Assembly (NCBI GenBank): GCA_016874755.1
Contig: VGTH01000021.1
Coordinates: 13,456 to 77,455, forward strand
Direction: 5' to 3'
Source: Deltaproteobacteria bacterium
GTDB taxonomy: Bacteria; Desulfobacterota; Binatia; UBA9968
DNA: 64,000 bases
In this document: piece by piece, positions 45,664 through 54,300 of the stretch
Layout: each line of letters opens with the position of its first letter
Position numbering within the stretch: position 1 is the stretch's first letter
The notes under the pieces: generated by a model
What the model saw: only the letters and a program-made list of their open reading frames with translations
Databases searched by the model: none
What the model was told of the DNA's origin: nothing
Program-made: the position numbers and the translations under genes

Positions 45664-45927
45664 GTGTCAACTTCCCATAAATTCACGTCGAGGGTATCTT
45701 TGGTTAAACTTGTGGCAGTTGTCGTAGCTTTACTTGCAGTTCTCGGTGCTGCGGGCTTTTACGCAACCTCTGGCACGGCCGGGACCGAGGCAAACCGCAG
45801 TTCACAATTGTCCGATCCAGCGGCGAAAGAGGACGACGCCTCGATAGTGTCGAATGGCCTGCTCCTAGTGGGCGTCGGCATGATCGCAGCGGGTATGGTC
45901 GGCAAGCGCAAGATCGCCGGAAAATAG
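45664..45927 (+). CDS. Small two-TM hypothetical protein
   Basis: 87 aa, GTG start. Two hydrophobic segments and a basic C-terminus (GKRKIAGK). Confidence 0.3.
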   Translation: MSTSHKFTSRVSLVKLVAVVVALLAVLGAAGFYATSGTAGTEANRSSQLSDPAAKEDDASIVSNGLLLVGVGMIAAGMVGKRKIAGK

Positions 45928-45991
45928 TCGCTAAAAAGATCCCGCAAAAAGATCGCCCGGAAGTTTCTCTCGGTTCCCTGCTTGTTCTTGG

Positions 45992-46162
45992 TCAGCGTGT
46001 TTTAAGTGCTGCCTGGGCATCTCTCAACAGAGTAAAATCCACCACATCGGCGACCGTAACCCCTTTCGCGGCTCCGCCCTGGCGCGCAATCTCCAACACA
46101 CTTTCAATGCCTTTCACCGAGGCCGTGCCATCTTTGCTGTAGGCCTTAAACGTTTGGTCGTA
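45992..46162 (-). pseudogene. C-terminal remnant of an NMT1-like substrate-binding protein
   Basis: The 56-aa frame YDQTFKAYSKDGTASVKGIESVLEIARQGGAAKGVTVADVVDFTLLRDAQAALKTR* has no start codon or N-terminal body. Confidence 0.3.
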
Positions 46163-46264
46163 TCACGGTTCTCCCCCGAGACGAGCGCAAAAAAACCATA
46201 AATCAGTTTGCTTTACCAGGCGCGCGTATCGCGCTAATAATCGCTTTTGCATTGAGGAGGCTCT

Positions 46265-46996
46265 ATGTACGGCTGGCGTGCTCGGGTCGGCAACATTTCC
46301 CCTACGGCGTGCGCCGAGATATTGCCCTATGAATTTTACCGCGTTGCGCCGGAGGGTGTGACGTTCGTGACAACGAATCTGGTGATTCGCGATGCGCGCG
46401 AGTCTAGCCAAGTCGCCGCCTCGTGGGAGCGCTTCGACACCGCATTCGAAGACTTGCTTCAGACCCGCGTCGATCACATCACGCTCAGCGGCGCGCCGCT
46501 GGTGTTGGCCAACGGCGTCGAGCGCCACGCGGCGTTGCTCAAAAAATATCGCCAGCGTATCCCGGTGCCGGTGGGCACCAGCCCGCAGTCGTTTGCCGAT
46601 GCGCTGAAGCACCTCGGCGCGCACAAGGTCGCGGTGGCGACCTCGTTTATTCAGGCACACAACGAATTGGTGCGAGCTTTTCTGAAGTCCGAAGGATTCG
46701 ACGTCGTGGGCGTCGAGTCCCTTGACACTGGCATGACTTCACTGGAGAAGGCGATGCTCTCGCCGACTCAAGTCTATCGCCATGTGCGCGCGGTCGGGAA
46801 GAAATATCCCGGCGCTGACGCTGTCCTGATGACCTCATCGGCGTGGCCGGCGCTGACGATCATCCAGCCGCTGGAGGATGATCTTGGCAAACCGGTGGTG
46901 AGCAGCTCCATCGGCCAAATTTGGTGGCCGTTGAAAGAGCTGGGCATCAAGGCGGAGATCAAGGGCTACGGCAAGCTGCTGAGCACGCTCGATTAG
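46265..46996 (+). CDS. Asp/Glu/hydantoin racemase-superfamily protein (maleate isomerase/arylmalonate decarboxylase-like)
   Basis: 243 aa. The N-terminal RVGNISPT...E motif and the two-lobe layout fit the family. The only Cys is at position 16. Confidence 0.7.
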   Translation: MYGWRARVGNISPTACAEILPYEFYRVAPEGVTFVTTNLVIRDARESSQVAASWERFDTAFEDLLQTRVDHITLSGAPLVLANGVERHAALLKKYRQRIPVPVGTSPQSFADALKHLGAHKVAVATSFIQAHNELVRAFLKSEGFDVVGVESLDTGMTSLEKAMLSPTQVYRHVRAVGKKYPGADAVLMTSSAWPALTIIQPLEDDLGKPVVSSSIGQIWWPLKELGIKAEIKGYGKLLSTLD

Positions 46997-47008
46997 TCGG
47001 AGAAAAGG

Positions 47009-47289
47009 GTGTCGCCGCGCGCGTTGATTGCCAAGGATCTGGAGATCGCTTCGCTTTCTGGGTCGGGTCTTGTGCAAGCGGCCTTGCAAGGCGCTGACAC
47101 TGTCATCGTCTCCGCCGCGATCAACGGTTTTGTCTTCAAGCTCTTCGGTGCACCGGAGATCACCAGTCCGGCGCTGCTCAAGGGCAAAAAACTTGGCGTT
47201 AGCCGCGCATCCTTGGCGAGAATGCTGCGCGGCTCTATGGAGATCCGTCGAAGGGCTCCGAAGAGTCTTTTAGCAGATGGCTAGACTAG
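47009..47289 (+). pseudogene. Chimeric remnant: internal SBP fragment plus amidohydrolase C-terminal tail
   Basis: The 47009 frame gives an internal NMT1-like SBP piece (DLEIASLSGSGLVQAALQGADTVIVSA...LKGKKLGVS). A second frame then gives PRILGENAARLYGDP...*, ending at 47289. Confidence 0.35.
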
Positions 47290-47293
47290 CGAC

Positions 47294-47827
47294 TCACCGC
47301 AACGACAAATATCTCGCTGGAATCCCTTCGGCAAGAAACAGCGGCCCAGCTTCGAACAGCCGAACACCGGCATCGCAGGCCGCCTGCGCATCGATCACCA
47401 AAACCGCCGGATTGGGATCAAGGCGGCGGGCGATTGAAGCTGCTTCTTCTGCCGTGCGACTCAAGTGCACATACTGCCTGTCCCGAGGCTTGAGACCATT
47501 GCGAAGAATTCCCTGGGCGATGTCCCGCGCCGCGCTGAAAAACAACTGTGCGGGTGGTTCTGCTGTGGGCTCATTCAACTCCAACGGAAACGAGTGCCCG
47601 TAGGTGGCGCGCACTCTATCGCCGCGCAGCTCAAAGCGTTTTTTTTCACTGCCATTGATCAGGTCGCGAATCTGCTGCTCGTTGGCGTCGTAGAAGCGTT
47701 GCTGGACCAAGTCGACGACCTCCTGCCACGCCGCAAACCCCTGGCGGTCGATTGCCAACGGATAGTCTCTCGGTTTATGGCGCAGCACATAGGTTAGAAA
47801 GCGCGACAATCGTTCCGGAGCCAGCAC
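47294..47827 (-). CDS. kptA: RNA 2'-phosphotransferase (Tpt1/KptA)
   Basis: 177 aa with LSRFLTYVLRHKP, ATYGHS and YVHLS motifs of the Tpt1 family. Confidence 0.85.
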   Translation of the reverse strand: MLAPERLSRFLTYVLRHKPRDYPLAIDRQGFAAWQEVVDLVQQRFYDANEQQIRDLINGSEKKRFELRGDRVRATYGHSFPLELNEPTAEPPAQLFFSAARDIAQGILRNGLKPRDRQYVHLSRTAEEAASIARRLDPNPAVLVIDAQAACDAGVRLFEAGPLFLAEGIPARYLSLR

Positions 47828-47916
47828 GGGTCACCTCACTGTTCTCGACCAAATTGCAACTATGCTATAGTCGCGACTGTTGCAACAGCAAAACCTCAGA
47901 TGTGGAGAGGAATGAA

Positions 47917-48432
47917 ATGAACGCATCACCCGATCAATTCGCTGGCGATTCGGCAGACGTCGATTTCGTCCACACCGGTCCCGGTACGCTTGCGGGAAAG
48001 TATTGGCGCCGCTCTTGGCACCCGGTCTATGGCACCGACCGACTTAAACCGGGTCGTGCGGTGCCGATTCGATTTTTCAGCGAAGATTTTACGCTCTATC
48101 GCGGCGAGTCCGGCATACCGCATGTCGTCGATTTTCGCTGTGCGCATCGCGGCACGCAGCTCTCGGTTGGCTGGGTCGAGGGCGAGGATATTCGCTGTTT
48201 CTATCACGGTTGGAAGTACGACTGCTCGGGTCAAGGTGCGCACCAATCTCTACATCATGCCGAACATTCCCTATATCAAGGGCTCGCCGGAGGACGACCG
48301 CGAAGACTGGCGCGACGCGTTCGCCTGGCGCGTGCCGAAATCTGGGCACGCGAACTGCGAGCGCTGGCCGAGGGACAGCCGCTCAAAGGGTGGAGGCTTG
48401 CCGACTACACGCGCGCCCAGGTGGGGGTGTGA
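47917..48432 (+). pseudogene. Rieske oxygenase alpha-subunit pseudogene
   Basis: The Rieske domain is intact (CAHRGTQLSVGWVEGEDIRCFYHGW). The catalytic domain is collapsed, with pieces in three frames (TNLYIMPNIPYIKGSPEDD; EIWARELRALAEGQPLKGW). Confidence 0.6.
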
Positions 48433-48458
48433 AAGATCTATTCGTTATTGCGCAATGT

Positions 48459-48546
48459 GTCATCCTGAGCGGAGCGAAGGACTTGCTTCTTCCCGGGTGC
48501 ACCAGGAAAAAAGCACATTCTTCGTCGCACGGCTCCTCAGAATGAC
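48459..48546. repeat. GTCATCCTGAGC-type palindromic repeat
   Basis: GTCATCCTGAGCGGAGCGAAGGAC...GGCTCCTCAGAATGAC. An inverted-orientation copy lies at 54099-54173. Confidence 0.55.
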
Positions 48547-48557
48547 AACAGGGGCGG

Positions 48558-50027
48558 CTAGCTTGCCGCCGACGCTCTCCGTCCCGCTGACAAAGTAAAA
48601 TCGTTTCTGCGAATGTAGACGCTCGCCGGCCCAGGTTTTTTGGCGATGTCTTCGACTAGTTTTACCAACGGCTTGCGGGCGTCGAGATATTCTTTTCTCG
48701 GCGGTGCGTTTTTCAACGCGTCGACAAACTCGGGCCCGGCGTAGTAGCGCATGATCAGCTCTTCGTCGGAGACGCTCGGACCGCCGTATTGGGCGCGCAC
48801 TTCTTCCAAGGGCGTGTTGGGCACTTCAAAATTTTCCATTTCTTTGGCGCGCTTGCGGTTCAAAATTTTTGCTTTGATGTCTTTGTCCATGTATTGGGCG
48901 CCTTCTTTGCCCCACAGGCCCATGGCGAACTGGATGACTTGGTCGGTGACTTCTTTGTAGCGCTCGCCGGTCATGATGTTGATCGCCGCCTGGCTGCCGA
49001 CGAATTGGGCGAAGGGCGTGACCATAATCGGATAGCCCAACTCGGCGCGGACTTGGACGATCTCTTCGAGCACGTCCGGCATCTTGTCTTCTTTGCCGAG
49101 CATTTTTAACTGATGGCGCAGGTTGGAAATCATGCCGCCCGGCACCTGGTGGCGGTACCAGCCTTGATCGAACTCGCGCGGCGCGCCGATCGGCAATCCG
49201 GCCTCGGCGGCGCAGCGGCGAAAGTGCGCTTCCACCGGCGGCAAGACTTTTTCGTTGACGGCGACCTTGTAACCGAGCGCGCGCAGGTTGTTCACCACGT
49301 TGAAGACTGACGGTTGCGCCGAGCCGTTGGCCAGCGGCGGAATCGACGTGTGGACGATGCGAATGCCGGCTTTGACGACTTCGAGGACGTTGAACGGCGC
49401 CAGGCCATTGTTGCAATGGCAATGAAACTCCACCGGCACGGCGCCGATGTTGTCGAGAATAAGCTTGGCCAAGAACGATGCGCGGTCGGGCGTGAGCATG
49501 CCGGCGACGTCTTTGAAGCAGAGACGATAGGGTTTCATCGCCGCCGCCTCGCGCACTTTGTGCGCCCAATGCTCGTCGGTATGGCGCGGCGAGATGGTGT
49601 AGATCAGATTGACCACGGACGTCATACCCATCTGCTTTAGTTCTTCGACCTCGGGTTTCAACTCACTGTAATCGTTCCACGGATCGGAGAGGCGGGTCTG
49701 GTTGATGCCGTAGCCGATGACGAGTTTTAGCAGCAGCCGTGGAATGCACAACGGGCTCAAAATAAAGCCGCCGGTGAGACCGCCGTGGTAGCGCAGCTGG
49801 GTATTTTTGATTTCTTTTTGTCCGTAGCGCACCCAATCCCACGGGTTGTCGAGCTGCTCGCGGATGACTTTCTTGAAACGGCCGGAGACGAAAAACTCCA
49901 TCGCCTCAAAGCCCGCTTGGTCCATGTGCTGCAACACCGGGTGCATCATGCCAGTGGTCATGTTGTGCGCCCACAGGCTGGTGTTGCCGTCGCGCAGGGT
50001 GGTGTCGACGATGCGGATTTCTTCCAT
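48558..50027 (-). CDS. Carboxyltransferase (transcarboxylase 5S / OadA-PycB-like) lacking a biotinyl domain
   Basis: 489 aa with IVDTTLRDGNTSLWA, FKDVAGML (the carbamyl-Lys position) and FHCHCNNG. There is no AMKM biotin-attachment motif. Confidence 0.8.
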   Translation of the reverse strand: MEEIRIVDTTLRDGNTSLWAHNMTTGMMHPVLQHMDQAGFEAMEFFVSGRFKKVIREQLDNPWDWVRYGQKEIKNTQLRYHGGLTGGFILSPLCIPRLLLKLVIGYGINQTRLSDPWNDYSELKPEVEELKQMGMTSVVNLIYTISPRHTDEHWAHKVREAAAMKPYRLCFKDVAGMLTPDRASFLAKLILDNIGAVPVEFHCHCNNGLAPFNVLEVVKAGIRIVHTSIPPLANGSAQPSVFNVVNNLRALGYKVAVNEKVLPPVEAHFRRCAAEAGLPIGAPREFDQGWYRHQVPGGMISNLRHQLKMLGKEDKMPDVLEEIVQVRAELGYPIMVTPFAQFVGSQAAINIMTGERYKEVTDQVIQFAMGLWGKEGAQYMDKDIKAKILNRKRAKEMENFEVPNTPLEEVRAQYGGPSVSDEELIMRYYAGPEFVDALKNAPPRKEYLDARKPLVKLVEDIAKKPGPASVYIRRNDFTLSAGRRASAAS

Positions 50028-50042
50028 GAATCGACCCTGAAA

Positions 50043-51023
50043 TCAGAACTTAAAATGGCCTTCTTTGAGCAGTTGATCGATGATGCTGGTGTCAATAAAC
50101 GCCGCCGGATCGGCCTTGAGGGCGGCTGGCGTCGTGCGGCTGATCGCTTGCAGCGTATTTTTCATGGCCTCGAGTTTCGGTCGCGGATTTTTGTCAGCCC
50201 ATTTGGCATAGGCGGTGTAGGAGTATTCCGTGTCTTCTTTGCTGGTGCCGAGAAAGTCGACGAGATAGGAGAGGGTTTTCTCCTTTTGCGTGAAATAAAA
50301 CTTCATCGCGTCAGCCAGAGCTCGCTCCACGCGCACGACCGCTTCACGATTGCCGGCGAGAAAAGATTTCTGCACCCATTCACCGTTTTGCTGCCACTGA
50401 ATGCCTAGGTCCGGCAGGGCGTAAAGCTTTCGGATGCCCTTGGCTTCGCCAATTTTATCGAAGGGCGGCGGCAGCACCGAAAATTGCACGTCGCCTTTTT
50501 CCAACTGACTGATGACGTTGTGCCAATCGGGCCGTCCCATTTGCACAAACTTCACGTCTTTCTCGGGATCGATGCCGAGCTTCGACAAACCGAAGCGCAT
50601 GGCGACATCGGGCGCGGCGCCGAACGGTCCGCCCACTTGGCCGGTTTTGCCTTTCAAGTCCGCAACTTTGGTGAATTCCTTGCGCGCGACGAGATAGTAG
50701 GGAAAGACATTGATCCACGACGCGATGTTGATAAAGGCTGGCGCACCTTCTAACGTTGCGGTGGTGAATGCCGCGCCTGCGCCCATCGTCAGCTGCATGC
50801 TGCCGCCGAGTATCGCTTGCACGGCGGCCGTGGTTTGGGTCTCGATGATTTTGACCTCTAGCCCATGTTTGGCGAAGAGATTTTCCTTTTGCGCGATCAG
50901 CAGTGGACCTGTGCCGGGATTAATGCCAGTCTGGCCAATTGTTAGTTTAATCGGCTGGGCGCTCGCTGGTTCTATGAATGCGAAGGGAAATACACAAAGC
51001 GCCGCTAAAATGAGAGTAAACAT
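50043..51023 (-). CDS. NMT1/THI5-like ABC substrate-binding protein
   Basis: 326 aa with a signal peptide (ASAQ cleavage context) and a typical two-lobe nitrate/sulfonate/bicarbonate-type SBP pattern. Confidence 0.8.
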   Translation of the reverse strand: MFTLILAALCVFPFAFIEPASAQPIKLTIGQTGINPGTGPLLIAQKENLFAKHGLEVKIIETQTTAAVQAILGGSMQLTMGAGAAFTTATLEGAPAFINIASWINVFPYYLVARKEFTKVADLKGKTGQVGGPFGAAPDVAMRFGLSKLGIDPEKDVKFVQMGRPDWHNVISQLEKGDVQFSVLPPPFDKIGEAKGIRKLYALPDLGIQWQQNGEWVQKSFLAGNREAVVRVERALADAMKFYFTQKEKTLSYLVDFLGTSKEDTEYSYTAYAKWADKNPRPKLEAMKNTLQAISRTTPAALKADPAAFIDTSIIDQLLKEGHFKF

Positions 51024-51127
51024 AAGCTTGCCTCCTAGTCGGGTCGCTATATTTTCGCCGGATCATAGGGCGGGTCGATTGAGCCTGTCAAGTTAAAGTT
51101 CAGCCGATATTTCGCGTCTTAGATCAG

Positions 51128-51895
51128 GTGGGAATGATTCTCTTTTTTGCATATTCCTTGCTCGCAGTTCTATTCGCGGGTTGCGGGGCCATCGTAAATC
51201 AGCCGGCGCTTGAGGTCGTCGAATCGCCGAGCGTTGCCGGCGCGGGTGCGTTGGCGCGATTCTCAGTGACCGTGCACGTGATCCTGCAGGAGCATGAGAA
51301 CCCCAATCCTGAGGGGCGTGCCAAGCAGGACCTCAACAAAGTGGCTGTCTGCCAAGCCAACGTTGTCGAGTTGGCGAGTCGGATAGCCGCTTCCGGCGTC
51401 AAAGCCGTCGTCGTCGAAGGGGTTTACGGCGCGGGAAGTTTGGCCAACCCGGAAGCGATCACCGTTGATGAAATCGCCGACACGGAACGGAGCAAAGCAA
51501 AATGGCTGCTAGCCCAACGCAGCGACCTAACGGTCTATGGTTTCGAGCTCAAACCGCTCAATGAGTTTGGTATCGCCGTGATCGGCGAGATGGGCAAGTC
51601 GGTGGCGCAGGCCAATGAGATCGCAAAACAGGTGGGTTCTGCGCTGGGGCCGGATGACCACGAGCGTTACGACCGATTTATTCAAGAAGAGTTTACCAGG
51701 CTCAATCTCTGGTATGCCGGCGTGATTCCGGAGCGCAGTTTTTTGGCGCTGCAAACCGCGCTCGCTGTCGCGCTCGCCCGCAGCGAAAATGCCGTGCAGC
51801 TCGTTATCGGCAAGCAGCACTGGGGTGACTTGGCCTACGCGGCCAATCGGCACCCCGACGTCCGCATACGCCTGGTGCCCTATAGCTGCTACTAA
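51128..51895 (+). CDS. Hypothetical lipoprotein
   Basis: 255 aa with an N-terminal lipobox LFAGC. No recognised domain. Confidence 0.45.
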   Translation: MGMILFFAYSLLAVLFAGCGAIVNQPALEVVESPSVAGAGALARFSVTVHVILQEHENPNPEGRAKQDLNKVAVCQANVVELASRIAASGVKAVVVEGVYGAGSLANPEAITVDEIADTERSKAKWLLAQRSDLTVYGFELKPLNEFGIAVIGEMGKSVAQANEIAKQVGSALGPDDHERYDRFIQEEFTRLNLWYAGVIPERSFLALQTALAVALARSENAVQLVIGKQHWGDLAYAANRHPDVRIRLVPYSCY

Positions 51896-51950
51896 AATCG
51901 CTATTTGTTTTTCGGCTCGTGCTTGATGATCGGCCGCTGTTTGCCTCCGT

Positions 51951-52556
51951 TCAGTGCTCGTAAGAATATGTCTCGGCGCAGTCTAGCTTCACCAGGTTGC
52001 AAAAGAAATCGCGCACCGCCGGTTCGTACATGAAGCGGGTGTAATCATAGTAGGGCCCGTAGCTCGCCCAAATCTCTTTGTCTGGCTCGATATCTTTGAT
52101 GGCGACGAAAATAAAATATGGGTAGTCGCAGAGCTGGCGGATGGCGGCGTTCTGAAAGCCGGTGTCGCGGCCGTTGACCTTGCTCGGTGCGAAATTGATG
52201 CGCCTGACGTTGCCACCGAACTCTTTGCTGTCGAGGTATCTGTAAGGCGCGGTTTCTTCCCAAGCGCATTCGGGAATCGACGCGATGTAATGATTGCCCG
52301 CCGGGTAATCTTCCGCCGTGCGCAGCCGCCCGCCCAGATGGCCGATGACTTCGCCTTCTTTGATCTTGACCTTGGCAAACAGGCCGTTGCCGGCACCAGG
52401 AATGAGCGACGGTTTGACTTCGGTGCGCTTGTCTAGATCCGTGTCGATCTTGAGAATGGGCACGAGTTTCACCGGTTCGTCGTTGGCGCGCGATATATAA
52501 AAACTAGAGAACAATAAAGCGGTTATCGCTAGACCGTAGATCGTGAAATGTTTCAT
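51951..52556 (-). CDS. SET-domain protein with signal-like N-terminus
   Basis: Start at ATG 52556 (MKHFTIYGLAITALLFSSFYISRA). SET-like blocks IPGAGNGLFA, GEVIGHLGG, RRINFAPS and EIWASYGPYY. Confidence 0.6.
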   Translation of the reverse strand: MKHFTIYGLAITALLFSSFYISRANDEPVKLVPILKIDTDLDKRTEVKPSLIPGAGNGLFAKVKIKEGEVIGHLGGRLRTAEDYPAGNHYIASIPECAWEETAPYRYLDSKEFGGNVRRINFAPSKVNGRDTGFQNAAIRQLCDYPYFIFVAIKDIEPDKEIWASYGPYYDYTRFMYEPAVRDFFCNLVKLDCAETYSYEH

Positions 52557-52643
52557 CGAGATTCGATTTGGCGCTCGCAGTTGGCGATCAGTTATTTTCA
52601 CCCGGAACCATGAGCGCGCGTGCTTGTCAATCCATTGTGTCGA

Positions 52644-53450
52644 TCACACCAACTTGAAGAGCTTTTTAGTATTGAGCGCGAGAATGTTGGCCTTGTCCTG
52701 CTCGCTGATTTTCGCTTCGTTGATATCCGCCAGCGTGTGGCAGTGTTCATAGCTGGCAGGGTGGGAATAAAAAAGACTGCCAAAAAGCAGCCGGTGCGAA
52801 CCGACCGCTTCGACGAAGTTCTTGATATAGCCGGCGCCTTTACAATGGGCGGTGTCGAATAGAATGTTCTTGGTGCGCTTGGCAATGTCGAGCGCCAGTT
52901 GGCTGTTGGTGTTGGTCGTGAGCGCGTCGAGTGAAACAAAGGTCAGCTCGGGAAATTCGACCGCCAATCGCTCCAGCCGCCAAACCGCTTCGAGATTGGA
53001 CTCGGCATTGGTATGAATCAGCGGCACCAGGCCCAACTCGCTGACTTTTTTGAGCAGCGGCCGCATCAAGGCATGATCGACGGCGAGTCCTTGGAAACGG
53101 TGATGCCAAACGACGCCCTGGAGCTTGAGCGCGTGTTTGATCCGTTCCAGCTCGCCGAGCGAGCGTGCGCCATGCAGCGGCTCGACGATGCCGCAGGCGA
53201 CGGGAAAACGCTTGGGATCGCGTTCTTGATAGGCGGCCACGACGTCGTTCGAGCGCATGGTGTCTTTGATGCCGTCGGCCTGTATGTAGCCGGTGGCGGC
53301 CAAAATCGCCGACTGAGTGACGCCGTTGGCGTCCATGATGCGCACACGGCTGGCGTAATCTTTCTCTTGCCAGCCTTCGTTTCCTGGGCCCTCTTGCAAG
53401 CTGCCGCCGCTGAGCGAACCCAAATGGTGGTGAATGTCGAAGACTTCCAT
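52644..53450 (-). CDS. Amidohydrolase_2 family protein
   Basis: 268 aa with N-terminal FDIHHHLG (HxH) and a TIM-barrel hydrolase pattern. Confidence 0.8.
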   Translation of the reverse strand: MEVFDIHHHLGSLSGGSLQEGPGNEGWQEKDYASRVRIMDANGVTQSAILAATGYIQADGIKDTMRSNDVVAAYQERDPKRFPVACGIVEPLHGARSLGELERIKHALKLQGVVWHHRFQGLAVDHALMRPLLKKVSELGLVPLIHTNAESNLEAVWRLERLAVEFPELTFVSLDALTTNTNSQLALDIAKRTKNILFDTAHCKGAGYIKNFVEAVGSHRLLFGSLFYSHPASYEHCHTLADINEAKISEQDKANILALNTKKLFKLV

Positions 53451-53581
53451 CGTACTCTCCGTTTAAATGCTAGCGTGAAATAGAAGAATTCATTAGACCC
53501 GATGGGCGCCCAAACGCAAGGGAATCCGGTTGACAGCCGCGCGCGGTTCGGCGCAAATAGGGAGCACAAAAGGAGGTTCCC

Positions 53582-54019
53582 ATGGGACAGCTAAAAATCG
53601 AAGGCGTGACGCACTGGTCGATTCCGGTCAACAATCTCGAAGAGTCGGAAAAATTCTACGGCGACCTGCTCGGCTTGAAGCACCTCGGCCGGCTCGGTGA
53701 CTCCGGCATGTCGTGCTTCAATGTGGGCGATCATAATATTCTCCTGTGCACGCGCGCTCCGAAGGTCGACCGGAATTTTGTCGAGGAGCGCAACGTGCAT
53801 CATTCGTTCACCGTGGGACCGGAAACATTGGAAACGGCCTGCAAGGTTTTCAAAGCACAGAAAGTAAAGATCGAAGAACTTTATTATCGCAAGGGCGGCT
53901 ACTTCCCGGGCCGCGAGCTCTACTTCTTTGACCCAAGCGGCAATCGGCTCGAGCTGCGCGACCCGACTTGGAAAGCCGGCATGCCTGAGCCGTCGTTCGA
54001 GGAAGTTGCCGGTAAGTAG
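53582..54019 (+). CDS. VOC/glyoxalase-family protein
   Basis: 145 aa with VTHWSIPVNNLEESEKFYGDLLGL, HHSF and ELYFFDPSGNRLELR. Confidence 0.85.
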   Translation: MGQLKIEGVTHWSIPVNNLEESEKFYGDLLGLKHLGRLGDSGMSCFNVGDHNILLCTRAPKVDRNFVEERNVHHSFTVGPETLETACKVFKAQKVKIEELYYRKGGYFPGRELYFFDPSGNRLELRDPTWKAGMPEPSFEEVAGK

Positions 54020-54098
54020 CCGGGTAAGTTTGGAATTCTTCACTGGCGCGCCGTCAGTCTCACGCACTCGTTGATGCGAGACTGTGTCGCAATTCATA

Positions 54099-54173
54099 GA
54101 TGAGCCGAAGGCGAAGAATCTGCTTCGTACAACTGTACAGAAAAGCAGATCCTTCGCTTCCGCTCAGGATGAC
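54099..54173. repeat. GTCATCCTGAGC-type palindromic repeat (reverse orientation)
   Basis: GATGAGCCGAAGGCGAAGAATCTGC...GCAGATCCTTCGCTTCCGCTCAGGATGAC. Confidence 0.5.
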
Positions 54174-54300
54174 AAAACGGCTGGTTTCTCGGTTGCGACA
54201 GAGTCCCGGCGCTGGTGAGACTGACGCACACTCAGCCCGCGGTTTGCAAGACTCGCCGATATTCGTTATCCCAAACAAGTTGTGCGCAATCGGAGAACCT

